Shown one piece after another: positions 29,813-39,179 of a stretch of 64,000 bases of DNA. Numbering within the stretch: the stretch's first letter is position 1; each line of letters begins with the position of its first letter. Origin of the DNA: Candidatus Babeliales bacterium (GTDB lineage Bacteria > Babelota > Babeliae > Babelales > JANWKD01); assembly GCA_963722075.1 (NCBI GenBank), contig CAVRJM010000001.1:1280001-1344000 (forward strand), written 5' to 3'. The position numbers and the translations under genes are program-made. Below the pieces are notes generated by a model. It was not told where the DNA came from, made no database searches, and saw only the letters and a list, made by a program, of their open reading frames with translations.

Positions 29813-30544
29813 TTAACCTTCGTTTAATAGGTTAACAAATAGATCTTCAAGATTTTTTTGTTGAAAATCAGCCATTAATTTTTCAGGGACATCAATTAAT
29901 TTTATTTGTCCTTTATCCAAAATACAGACGCGATCAGAAAGCTTTTCTGCTTCATCAAGATAATGGGTAGTTAATAACACCGTGATGCCATTATTTTTAA
30001 GATCTTTAATTATTTCCCATAAATTTCTTCTAATATGCGGATCTAAGCCCACTGTTGGTTCATCAAAAATGATGATTTCGGGTTGATGGATCAAGCTGCG
30101 GGCAATCATAAAGCGTTGTTTATAACCACCAGATAAAACGCCGGCATTTTTAGATAGATATTGCTGTAGATTCAGTTGTTTTGCTAAAAGATCAATACGT
30201 TCTTTTATAATCTCTTCAGAAAGACCGTATAATTTACCGGCAAAAGTAAGATTCTGTTCCAGCGTAAGTGCATTATTTAGATTTGGATGTTGCGGGCAAA
30301 AACCGATTTTAGACCTGAAAAAGGTAATATCATTATAAATTGAACTGCCATTATATTCGATATCGCCGCTGGTTGGTGGATGTAAGGTGGCAATGATTGA
30401 TGATAAAGTTGTTTTGCCTGCGCCATTAATACCCAGTAGTGTAAGTATTTCGCCTTGATATATATCTAAGTTTATTCCTTTTAGAACGGGAGTAGCACCA
30501 TAACTTTTTTGTATATTTTTAATTTTTAATACAATATTTTGCAT
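29813..30544 (-). CDS. ABC transporter ATP-binding protein (DrrA/NodI-like)
   Basis: GINGAGKTT, LSGGYKQR, IFDEPTVGLDP, TTHYLDEAE. Confidence 0.95.
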   Translation of the reverse strand: MQNIVLKIKNIQKSYGATPVLKGINLDIYQGEILTLLGINGAGKTTLSSIIATLHPPTSGDIEYNGSSIYNDITFFRSKIGFCPQHPNLNNALTLEQNLTFAGKLYGLSEEIIKERIDLLAKQLNLQQYLSKNAGVLSGGYKQRFMIARSLIHQPEIIIFDEPTVGLDPHIRRNLWEIIKDLKNNGITVLLTTHYLDEAEKLSDRVCILDKGQIKLIDVPEKLMADFQQKNLEDLFVNLLNEG

Positions 30545-30673
30545 GATTGTAACTATTTTTGATTTTTAAAATAGTAAAAATGTTATTACTGTTTTAAAAA
30601 GGGGGTGTAATGAATGAAATAAAATAACAGAGTTTAATTATTATTATCCGTAAAAGAAAATTAATAATTAAAG

Positions 30674-30703
30674 TTAGCGGATGAAGGTGCTTGAAACTTT
30701 CAT
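30674..30703 (-). promoter_or_regulatory. Putative leader peptide MKVSSTFIR upstream of the ABC operon
   Basis: AGGAG RBS, 9-codon ORF, downstream of a good promoter match. Confidence 0.5.
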
Positions 30704-30751
30704 GACTTTTTTCTCCTGAAATGAGAGAAATGTTTTATAGATTATTTTATC

Positions 30752-30780
30752 ATATTAAATATATTTTAATATTTTGTCAA
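30752..30780 (-). promoter_or_regulatory. sigma70 promoter of the ABC operon
   Basis: TTGACA-17bp-TAATAT on the minus strand. Confidence 0.65.
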
Positions 30781-30848
30781 ATTAATCTTGTTCTTTATCG
30801 GGGGCAAATGCATTTAAAGTATTGAATTCAAAAAGTTTAAATGGAATC

Positions 30849-30917
30849 CTGGATTGCTTCGACAAGCTCGCAACGACGTTCTTTTCGACCGTCGTCCCGA
30901 GCATAGCGTGGATTCAG
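30849..30917. repeat. Back-to-back REP-like dimer, homologous to the 5205 module
   Basis: ctggattgcttcgacaagctcgcaacgacg (30849-30878) and degenerate cgtcgtcccgagcatagcgtggattcag (30890-30917). Confidence 0.88.
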
Positions 30918-31042
30918 GCCAAAGTTAATATTCTTTTAATAAATTCACTTCCCTAAAAACATTCAGGCAGGTATGCGAGCAGTGTCCATGAACCGATTTT
31001 GATGATACTCTTAAAAATATGATTTTGTTATAAATATGGGAT

Positions 31043-31633
31043 TTGTTGATGAAAATGGACAATATGCAAATACAATTTTTATATGAAAAGAGTAATTTAA
31101 AAAAAGCTCCTATTACTACACCGCTTGGCTCTATGATTGCCATAACTGATGAATCATCATTACATGCATTAGCCTTTGCTGATGGTGTGAATCGCGGGCG
31201 GGAATTTAATGTTATTAATCGTGCGGCGGATGCATCAATTACTAATGGGCGCACTGCCATTTTAGATTTACTGGAGCAGGAACTCGCCTATTATTTTGAA
31301 GGTTCTTTAACAGCGTTTAAAACGCCTATTAGTTTAAAAGGCTCCTTGTTTCAAACTACGGTGTGGCATCAATTACAAAAAATTCCTTTTGGCAGCACGG
31401 CATCATATAGAGAAGTTGCAGCAGCGATTGATAAGCCAACTGCATATCGGGGGGTGGCACAAGCGAATGCTACTAATCATTTGGTAATTATTGTTCCTTG
31501 CCATCGGGTGATTACCAGTAATGGAACCTTGGGCGGCTTTAGCGCAGGGCTCCATAGAAAAGAATGGCTTCTGAATCATGAGAAAAATAGTTCAATTTTT
31601 GCTAATAGTATTGAATCCATAGGGTTTATTTGA
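31043..31633 (+). CDS. ogt: Methylated-DNA--protein-cysteine methyltransferase
   Basis: TPLG, FQ..VW..L..IPFG.T.SY, active site VPCHRVI, RKEWLLNHE. Start uncertain. Confidence 0.9.
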   Translation: MLMKMDNMQIQFLYEKSNLKKAPITTPLGSMIAITDESSLHALAFADGVNRGREFNVINRAADASITNGRTAILDLLEQELAYYFEGSLTAFKTPISLKGSLFQTTVWHQLQKIPFGSTASYREVAAAIDKPTAYRGVAQANATNHLVIIVPCHRVITSNGTLGGFSAGLHRKEWLLNHEKNSSIFANSIESIGFI

Positions 31634-31658
31634 CAAATAAGATTATTTGGTGTAGGAT
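31630..31658 (+). promoter_or_regulatory. sigma70 promoter of the ABC-F gene
   Basis: TTGACA-17bp-TAGGAT. Confidence 0.6.
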
Positions 31659-31693
31659 ATAATTATAGTATAATCTTTAACCTGGATATAAAT

Positions 31694-31767
31694 ATGATAC
31701 TCTCTCATTTGGAATCTATCCGAACCACTTAATAAACCCAGTACAACAGTATTGTTATTGTGCTGGG
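31694..31767 (+). promoter_or_regulatory. Putative leader peptide MILSHLESIRTT plus hairpin (attenuator-like)
   Basis: uORF 31694-31732 after gga; stem cccagtacaa/ttgtgctggg at 31737-31767. Confidence 0.45.
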
Positions 31768-31925
31768 GATTTACAAGAATTATCTCTCAGATCTCTTCTA
31801 ATTCCCCTTTGTTATTAATTAAAAGCGCATAAGCCGTGGGCAAAGGCTGGCCTTGTCAGGCATAGTTTGCCGAGCTCGAAGGCCCGGATAAGCTAAGACT
31901 GGCGCTTATTTTAAAGGGGTATCTT

Positions 31926-33764
31926 ATGATACATATTAAAAATTTAACTTATTTATTTGGTACACGAAAACTGTATGACAATCTGTCCTGTTCTATACTA
32001 GAAAAGGATCGCGTTGGATTAGTGGGATTAAATGGTAGTGGAAAATCTACCTTGTTAAAACTAATTGCAGATGCACTCACCACCGCCAATCCAGCTATTT
32101 CTATACCAAAAACGAAAAAAATAGCCTATTTTCCACAAGAGATTGTTTTGCAATCAGATAAAACAATTTATGATGAAACATTTTCAAGTCGGCAGGATAT
32201 TACTGATTTGCTTGCGCAAGCAGCACGCTTAGAAGAAAAACTGACCAATGCGTATGAAGATGCTGTTTTAGAAAAATATGTGGCGGTTCAAGAAAAGCTT
32301 GCTCGTTTAAACGTGCATGAAGTAAAAGCAAAAGCAGAAGAAGTATTATTTGGGCTCGGGTTTACCCGTGAACAATTTGATAAGCCAGTCAATCAATTAA
32401 GCGTTGGTTGGAAAATGAGAATCGTTCTGGCTAAATTATTGGTGCAAGATGCAGATTTTTACTTATTTGATGAACCCACTAACCATCTTGATATTGTAGC
32501 CAAAGAATGGTTTTTACAATTTTTATTGAAATCTTCCTTTGGATTTATTTTAGTGTGCCATGAGCGCTATTTACTTAATAAAGCGTGTAGTTCTATTTTT
32601 GAATTAGAACTTGGCAAAGGTAAAATGTTTACCGGTAATTATCAAAGATATCTAGAACTAAAAGAACGTGAATCAGCTATTCTTGAAGGTGCCTACGAAC
32701 AGCAACAAAAACAGATCCAAGCAAAACAAGCAGTTATTGATCGATTCAGGGCAGGTACTCGAGCAAAAATGGCTCAAAGTATGTTAAAAGCGCTCGATAA
32801 AGTAGAGCGAATCACCTTGCCACCAAAGCCTAAAAGCATTGCGATTGATTTTCCACCGATTGAATCATCAGCAAAGGTTGTATTACAGGTCAATAATGTT
32901 GGCTATGCATTTAAAGATAAACCGCTTTTTAAGAACGTTAATTTTTCCTTAGAGCGGGGCGATAAAATGGCGCTGATTGCCCCTAACGGGATGGGTAAAA
33001 CCACGTTATTTAATCTTATTGCCGGTTGTTATCCGCTGCAGGAAGGTACGGTAACATTTGGTGATAGAGTTACCTTTGCACTTTTTGATCAGGATCAGAC
33101 CGCATCGTTACCGGCTGATAAAACTATTTTTCAGGCGTTGCAAGAAAGTTGTCCAACGGTGTCTACCAGCGTTATTCGTGGTATGCTTGGTGCATTTCTT
33201 TTTAGTGCTGATGATCAATATAAAAAAATCTCAGTGCTGAGCGGTGGTGAGAGAAATCGGGTGGGAATGATTAAGGTGCTTTTACAAAAAGCAAACTTAT
33301 TCTTGCTTGATGAACCAACTAACCATCTTGATATGCCTTCTAAAGAAGTGTTATTACAAGCGTTACAAGAATATAAAGGAACTATACTGTTTGTTTCACA
33401 TGATCAGGATTTTATTAATAAAGTAGCAAATAAAATTGCTGAGCTCACGCCACAAGGTGTTGCAGTATATACTGGCAATTATGATGATTTTGTATATCAA
33501 AAAAAGATGATCAATGCAGCGCAATCACAGCAACCTCAACAAGAACAGCGTAAAGAAGAAAAGAAAAAAAAAGCACAAACGTATATTTCAGTTGATACTA
33601 AATCATTAGAAAGTAAGCTTAAAAATTTGGAAAGATCGATAGAAAAAATGCAACTATCATTTGCTCAACTTATGTATGGCACGCCTGCATTTGAACAAGC
33701 ACAACAAAAGCTTAAAGATCTTGAAGAAGAGTATGAACAATTAATGGAAGAATGGGTTGGATAG
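31926..33764 (+). CDS. ABC-F family ATPase (ribosome-associated)
   Basis: Two ABC domains (GLNGSGKST, DEPTNHLD twice, APNGMGKTT, LSGGE), no TM segments, C-terminal coiled coil. Confidence 0.95.
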   Translation: MIHIKNLTYLFGTRKLYDNLSCSILEKDRVGLVGLNGSGKSTLLKLIADALTTANPAISIPKTKKIAYFPQEIVLQSDKTIYDETFSSRQDITDLLAQAARLEEKLTNAYEDAVLEKYVAVQEKLARLNVHEVKAKAEEVLFGLGFTREQFDKPVNQLSVGWKMRIVLAKLLVQDADFYLFDEPTNHLDIVAKEWFLQFLLKSSFGFILVCHERYLLNKACSSIFELELGKGKMFTGNYQRYLELKERESAILEGAYEQQQKQIQAKQAVIDRFRAGTRAKMAQSMLKALDKVERITLPPKPKSIAIDFPPIESSAKVVLQVNNVGYAFKDKPLFKNVNFSLERGDKMALIAPNGMGKTTLFNLIAGCYPLQEGTVTFGDRVTFALFDQDQTASLPADKTIFQALQESCPTVSTSVIRGMLGAFLFSADDQYKKISVLSGGERNRVGMIKVLLQKANLFLLDEPTNHLDMPSKEVLLQALQEYKGTILFVSHDQDFINKVANKIAELTPQGVAVYTGNYDDFVYQKKMINAAQSQQPQQEQRKEEKKKKAQTYISVDTKSLESKLKNLERSIEKMQLSFAQLMYGTPAFEQAQQKLKDLEEEYEQLMEEWVG

Positions 33765-33786
33765 GGGGCAATAAAATGCCCCCTTT
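33763..33786. terminator. Hairpin between convergent ABC-F and dipeptidase genes
   Basis: agggggca-ataaaa-tgccccct-tt. Confidence 0.8.
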
Positions 33787-33788
33787 AT

Positions 33789-34568
33789 CTATTCAATAGC
33801 AAAATCAAAATAACTAGAATCTTGATTAGCAGGGTATGGCTCATTAACTAAAGTAAAATGCCACCATTCTTGATCATAATTTCTGAACCCATGTTTTTCC
33901 ATAACCGATTTTAAATAGGCACGATTTTCTTTTGCTTTTGCATCAATAAGTTCATTTTCTGTATGCGATGCGGTATCAAACAGATCAAAGGAAGAACCCA
34001 TATCTACCGTACCATCATCTAAAAATGTAATAGTAAACCCATCCTTGAGCGTACGATCTTGTTTTTCAATCGAATGTACTTTTTGACCCTCCTTTATAAT
34101 AGTAAGGTCTATAGTACTTCCTCTGGAATGGCCCGAGCGTTTAGCAACATAGCCAAGTTCAAATACTTTTGCTTTATCAACCCGTGGGTAGTATTCATCT
34201 TTTTTTACTTGATCAGTTTGGTCTTGGCTCCATTGTATAAAATTATTTACCGCTTGTTGTGGGCGGTATGCATCATAGATAACTAAACAATACCCATTTT
34301 TTTTAAGTTCTTCTTGAACTTTTTTTAATGCATTCGCCGCTTCTTTAGTAAGAACCACGGTAGATTTTTTATACCCGTCAACCGGTTTGCCAACAAAATT
34401 TTCATTACTAAAATAGCGCAGAGAAGTTTCGATAGAATCATCGCATTCATGCAGCTCAATAAACCCTTTTTCACGAGCTTCTTGAGTAATGCCATATATA
34501 AACCCGAACGTGATTATGCTAGAAAATAGAACAGCATACATGCGTTTTTTGAATGTGAAGGTCATCAT
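33789..34568 (-). CDS. ddpX: D-Ala-D-Ala dipeptidase (VanX/DdpX, M15D family), N-terminal TM/signal
   Basis: YDAYRPQ, SGHSRGSTIDL, DMGSSFD, EWWHF; ATG at 34568 after aaggag. Confidence 0.92.
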   Translation of the reverse strand: MMTFTFKKRMYAVLFSSIITFGFIYGITQEAREKGFIELHECDDSIETSLRYFSNENFVGKPVDGYKKSTVVLTKEAANALKKVQEELKKNGYCLVIYDAYRPQQAVNNFIQWSQDQTDQVKKDEYYPRVDKAKVFELGYVAKRSGHSRGSTIDLTIIKEGQKVHSIEKQDRTLKDGFTITFLDDGTVDMGSSFDLFDTASHTENELIDAKAKENRAYLKSVMEKHGFRNYDQEWWHFTLVNEPYPANQDSSYFDFAIE

Positions 34569-34708
34569 AAGAGACTCCTTGTGTAAAGTTTGGTTTTTAA
34601 GGTCACCACGTAGCATAACGTAGAATTTTTAATTTGAAAAAGGCCCTCAGTGCTTACCTGGAAATGATGCTAAATTATGCTTCTGTCGATTATTTGCGTG
34701 TGATCATG

Positions 34709-34933
34709 TCATATGTTTTGTGCAGGTTGTTGGTCTTCAATGGGAATAGGTTTTTGAATATGTGAGGCGTAAATCAGTGCCCTAATTTGATAAATGCAAT
34801 ATCCTGCCAATGCAAAGCTGGCTATTTTAAGAACTATATACATTGGTAAATTATTACTAATTGCTTGGTCAATAAAAGGGGATTCGGGTGTTTTTTTTAG
34901 CGGCTGGATTAACGTAGATGGATGGGAATCCAT
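34709..34933 (-). CDS. Small hypothetical membrane protein
   Basis: 74-aa ORF with one hydrophobic segment; no recognisable family. Confidence 0.35.
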   Translation of the reverse strand: MDSHPSTLIQPLKKTPESPFIDQAISNNLPMYIVLKIASFALAGYCIYQIRALIYASHIQKPIPIEDQQPAQNI

Positions 34934-35032
34934 TAATTAATATCTACCCTTACATTGTTTTTACGAGCGTCTTCAGATACCATATATAATGCTAAAAATA
35001 TTTTTTTTGATAAAGGTTATCATTGCATAATT

Positions 35033-36214
35033 ATGAGTTCGCCTCTTAACGAATCTGTACAAAAAACATCTCTTCAATATATACAAGAAAATTTGTTTTC
35101 TACTTGGTTGGAAATTGATAAACAAGCATTAGAACACAACATCAAAAGTTATAAAAAAATAACCCAGCCAGCGTTGCTTGCATTGGTTATAAAAAGTAAT
35201 GCCTATGGGCATGGTATGCAAGAAATTGCAGCGCTCTGTGATAAAAATAATTTAGTTGATTATTTATGTACCGTTAACCTCTCTGAAGCCATTCAGTTAC
35301 GATCCAAGGGAATAAAAAAACCAATTGTTGCATTAAGCATTCTTGATGAAAATTTTGAAAAAGCGCTTTTTCATTCGATTGATGTTGCCGTGTATGATAT
35401 GCAGACGGTATTGCAATTAAATGCTGTGGGCCAAATAGCGCAAAAAAAAGTGAACATACATATTAAAATAGATACCGGGCTTTCACGCTTAGGGTTTTTA
35501 GTTAATGATGCGCTTCCTATCATAAAGCAGATATATCAATTGCCCTATATTACGATTAAAGGAATCTTTACTCATTTTGCGGAAGCTGAAAATAGTGATC
35601 AAACATTTACTAATCAACAAATTTCGCGCTTTACCATGCTTCTTGATACCCTGGAAAAAGAGGGGATTATAATACCATTGAAGCACAGTTCGTGTTCAGC
35701 AGCAGCGACAGCAAATTCGCTGAGCCATTTCACCATGGCGCGCGTGGGAATAGGTCTCTATGGGTTATGGCCATCACCTGAAAATAAGCACATAACCAAC
35801 AATATGCATCCTCATTTTTCGCTAAAACCAGTGCTCACCTGGAAAACGAGAATCTTACAAATTAAAGAAGTTCCGGCTGGCAGCTCAATAGGATATGATC
35901 GTACTTTTTTTGCTGAAAAACCAATGCGCATTGCCATTTTGCAAATTGGCTATTGGGATGGCTATGATCGGCAATTATCAAATAAAGGAATTGTTATGAT
36001 CAATAATCATTATGCTCGAGTGGTAGGCAGAGTTGCCATGAATCTATGTATGATTGATATTACCTCATTGCCAGTATCACTTAATGATGAAGTGATACTG
36101 TTGGGTAATTACCCGGGAGTAACGGCTGATGATTTGGCAGATCGTTGCCAAACTATTAATTATGAGATGGTGACGCGTATCAATCCGCAATTACCAAGAA
36201 TAATAAAAGATTAG
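35033..36214 (+). CDS. alr: Alanine racemase
   Basis: VIKSNAYGHG (PLP Lys), HIKIDTGLSRLG, FTHFA, RVGIGLYG, IGY, GRVAMN, TINYE. Start approximate. Confidence 0.96.
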   Translation: MSSPLNESVQKTSLQYIQENLFSTWLEIDKQALEHNIKSYKKITQPALLALVIKSNAYGHGMQEIAALCDKNNLVDYLCTVNLSEAIQLRSKGIKKPIVALSILDENFEKALFHSIDVAVYDMQTVLQLNAVGQIAQKKVNIHIKIDTGLSRLGFLVNDALPIIKQIYQLPYITIKGIFTHFAEAENSDQTFTNQQISRFTMLLDTLEKEGIIIPLKHSSCSAAATANSLSHFTMARVGIGLYGLWPSPENKHITNNMHPHFSLKPVLTWKTRILQIKEVPAGSSIGYDRTFFAEKPMRIAILQIGYWDGYDRQLSNKGIVMINNHYARVVGRVAMNLCMIDITSLPVSLNDEVILLGNYPGVTADDLADRCQTINYEMVTRINPQLPRIIKD

Positions 36215-36222
36215 TTAATTTA

Positions 36223-36717
36223 TTATTGTTTATCAAAATTCATGATAATAAGCGGATTTCCTAATGCAGCAACAAATTTTTGTAGATCCTGTGGCATTAA
36301 AACGGTGGTTGCATTATTTTCAAGCGGATGGCATCCAATTTGAGTTTGTTCAAAAATGCAAGAATCTAAAACAACTGAAACTTCATGATGAGTATCATTA
36401 ATGAGTGCAAGTGGCGTCACTGAACCGGGAGTTACTTTCAAATAACGCATTAATTCTTGTTCATTAGCAAAGCGAAGCTCTGGTGCGGATAATTTTTTGG
36501 CAACGTCTTTTAAGCGGATTGCGGTATCAAATAAAGCGGTAATGAGCCAAAAACGTTTTTTCTTGTCTTTTAAAAAGAGATTTTTCACATGCGTTGCGGG
36601 AACATGTGCAGTTGCTTGTGCTTGTTCAACGGTAAATACCGGTTCATGAACATAGGTTGTTGTTTCTATTGAAAGCTGTTGTAAATAACCAAATAGTTTT
36701 TGTTGGTTTTCGTTCAT
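36223..36717 (-). CDS. YbaK/ProX-type aminoacyl-tRNA deacylase
   Basis: HEPVFTVE, KNLFLKDKK, LRFA, PGSVTPLAL.ND, CHPLENNAT. Confidence 0.9.
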   Translation of the reverse strand: MNENQQKLFGYLQQLSIETTTYVHEPVFTVEQAQATAHVPATHVKNLFLKDKKKRFWLITALFDTAIRLKDVAKKLSAPELRFANEQELMRYLKVTPGSVTPLALINDTHHEVSVVLDSCIFEQTQIGCHPLENNATTVLMPQDLQKFVAALGNPLIIMNFDKQ

Positions 36718-36847
36718 ACATATTTCTTATTATAATATTTCTATTAGAATTAATTTTAAAATTTTATTAACAAAAGTTGATCTCTTATAAAAAATGTTTA
36801 ATTTATTTAGTAATTATATTTTATGTTTTAAAATCAACAAGGTGTAT

Positions 36848-37276
36848 ATGTTTAAAAAATTTCTATTTTTATCATTAACATTATTCAATTTACATAATTG
36901 TCTTTCTATGAACACAAAAGAGCTTAAACAAACACGTATTCAAGAAGAAAATGGGAAGCCTTTTTATTCAGTAGAGTTTGAAGATACATGGGGTGATACC
37001 GATGCTCAAGCGCTATACAAATTTAAATCGCTCTATTCATTTTCAGAAAAGCCATCCTCTGAACTAGGTCAACTATTTTCTTCAAATGAAGATCATCGAC
37101 CATATCAACGGTTAATTGTAAACCGTCATTATGCACAATTACCATTTTATAAAAGACATGCCGGTAAATTTGGCTTGGGTGCAGGGTTATTGGTTGGCAT
37201 TTTTGGAATAGGAATGGCTTGTTCAGTTACCAAATTTTCAAATTGGTTATCAGAATGGAAAATATTTAATCCATAA
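36848..37276 (+). CDS. Hypothetical exported protein with C-terminal TM (Met at +1)
   Basis: aaggtg RBS; MFKKFLFLSLTLFNLHNCLS|MNT; FYKRH followed by a hydrophobic segment. Confidence 0.65.
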   Translation: MFKKFLFLSLTLFNLHNCLSMNTKELKQTRIQEENGKPFYSVEFEDTWGDTDAQALYKFKSLYSFSEKPSSELGQLFSSNEDHRPYQRLIVNRHYAQLPFYKRHAGKFGLGAGLLVGIFGIGMACSVTKFSNWLSEWKIFNP

Positions 37277-37796
37277 TTTTTATAAAGTTAAAAAAATCGT
37301 CAATTTCTTTGAATGATTTTAATATATAAATCTGTTTTTCATCTTTATATTCTTCAAGAATAGTTAAAATCATGTTTTTATAAAGTTTATTAAAATGCCA
37401 TACCCATTTTAGAAATTGTAAAAACTCAATACTCAATAATCGCTGTGGGCAGTTCTCAGGGCTGCCCGGAAGCACAATGCCTCTATTTAAGAATGCACGT
37501 TTTATTACGTACCAAATGCACTTGTAGCGCGGTACATCAAGAAAAATAATAACATTGGCATAAAAAGCTCTTTTATAAAATACCCGATAATAAGAACCTT
37601 CCATAATCCAGGAATCGCGCTCACATAATTCATCATGAATGGCATCAAAAACTTCAAATTCAATGCGTTTCCAATGAGGCTTCCAATAATATTGATCTAA
37701 ATGATAGAGAGGGAGATTATGTTTTTCTTTGAGTTTGAATGCAAGGGTAGTTTTGCCTGAGCCGGCACAGCCTATGATGGCTATTCTTTTAGTCAT
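37266..37796 (-). CDS. FlaR/topology-modulation-like P-loop kinase
   Basis: RIAIIGCAGSGKTTLA, HLDQYYWKPHW, WIMEG.Y, FLKWVW.F. Confidence 0.85.
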   Translation of the reverse strand: MTKRIAIIGCAGSGKTTLAFKLKEKHNLPLYHLDQYYWKPHWKRIEFEVFDAIHDELCERDSWIMEGSYYRVFYKRAFYANVIIFLDVPRYKCIWYVIKRAFLNRGIVLPGSPENCPQRLLSIEFLQFLKWVWHFNKLYKNMILTILEEYKDEKQIYILKSFKEIDDFFNFIKIMD

Positions 37797-37830
37797 ATTT
37801 TATATGAGTTTTGAGGAATTAATTCTATAA

Positions 37831-38054
37831 CTGGATTCTTACGGCCTAAAGCCCTCAGAATAACAGGATTTCTAATGATTGTCATACTAAGGAGCGTATG
37901 CGACGTAAGGATCCAGTGAATAAATAAATCAAACATTTTAATTTTAATTGATCGATTCGTAAACCGTGTCCGCCGAAGCCGATCAAGCGAAGGCTGGGTC
38001 GCAACCGATGGCTTTCGATCTATGTCGTCACGAGCCGAAGGCGTGGTGATCCAG
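37831..38054. repeat. Cluster of four REP-like palindromes, one interrupted by a second hairpin family
   Basis: 37831-37864 (-, TCT), 37881-37916 (+, degenerate), ~37948-38010 (-, TGC, interrupted), 38024-38054 (+, CAC/GTG). Confidence 0.8.
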
Positions 38055-38108
38055 TATTTTTATTAACCTTTGAGTATAATAGTTTCTGCAAAAATCAATA
38101 TACAGGAT

Positions 38109-38966
38109 TTATAATGCCATATCACAATAAACAGGGTGATGGTCGCTGGCAAATACGTCGCTCTGAGGAATTACACAATGAGTAATAACGGTAATTGGTG
38201 AAGTAAGGGTATCGCGCATTAAAATATGGTCAATCCATTTGTAGTTATCATAATACCATCCAGTTGCAGTATAATCAGGGCCTGATTTGTGTGTAGCAAT
38301 CTCTTTTACGTGAATAAAAGGATGGCAGATTTGTTTGATGGCTCCCTTAAATTCAGTATTAAAATCACCCATTAAAATGACTGGAATAGTAGGATCTTGC
38401 ATTCTTACATGGTCCATAATGGTATAAATGCCGCTCAATTGTGCTGCTCTGTACATATGATCTAAATGGGTGTTGTATACTATGATTTCTTGATCGGTAG
38501 CGTTTATTTTAAAATGCGCCATCGTACAAATACGGGGTAACCAACCGGTGAAAGGGGCATCCCAAGGCAACCATCCCAGTAAAGAATCAACCGTGTTAAT
38601 GAAAAAAGTTTCAGAAGAAAGAAGTGACAATACAGAAGTATTATAAAAGATAGGAGTATATTCATCCTTTGCTAATCCCCACCAGCTTGAGCCGCGACCC
38701 GTGCCACAATAACTAAAATGGGGCAATGCTTCAACTAAATCATTAATTTGGTCAGTAATAGGTTCTTGAAGTCCAATAAGATCTGGGTTTGTTTCTTGTA
38801 GGATGTTCACTACAAGAGGTAATCGATTGGACCATTCGTGTTGCTCTTGTTTTTCATAACCTTTACGACGAATGTTATAGGTCATAACTCGTAAAGGCAC
38901 TGCTAATGCGTTACTTGATAAAAAGAAAAAGGTGATAAAAGAAAGAATTGATTTTTTACATCTCAT
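38109..38966 (-). CDS. Endonuclease/exonuclease/phosphatase (EEP) family protein, exported
   Basis: RVMTYNIR, PDLIGLQE, YNTHLDH, MGDFN, IDHI, SDHHPV; signal peptide ending ALA. Confidence 0.92.
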   Translation of the reverse strand: MRCKKSILSFITFFFLSSNALAVPLRVMTYNIRRKGYEKQEQHEWSNRLPLVVNILQETNPDLIGLQEPITDQINDLVEALPHFSYCGTGRGSSWWGLAKDEYTPIFYNTSVLSLLSSETFFINTVDSLLGWLPWDAPFTGWLPRICTMAHFKINATDQEIIVYNTHLDHMYRAAQLSGIYTIMDHVRMQDPTIPVILMGDFNTEFKGAIKQICHPFIHVKEIATHKSGPDYTATGWYYDNYKWIDHILMRDTLTSPITVITHCVIPQSDVFASDHHPVYCDMAL

Positions 38967-39179
38967 AATAACCTCACTATATAATTATTATATAGTATAA
39001 TTATAAAATGGCAACAATATGTGCTTTATCAAAATGAAATAATCTCTAATAGTGCAATCATGCAATGAACTATTTTGCGTAATTTCAAATATAAATTATA
39101 GATATGTGAAAATTTGACATGAAATTCTTTTTGAGTATAAAATAAAGCATAAAAAGCTATATTATTAGGGGAAAAAATC

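Noticed and set aside
30925..31100. Remnant Ada N-terminal domain upstream of ogt
   Set aside because: Only a faint resemblance near 30965-30985; no Cys motifs or open frame to support it.
33789..36214. Vancomycin-resistance operon
   Set aside because: Only a VanX/DdpX homolog and alr are present; no vanH, vanA/B ligase or vanRS.
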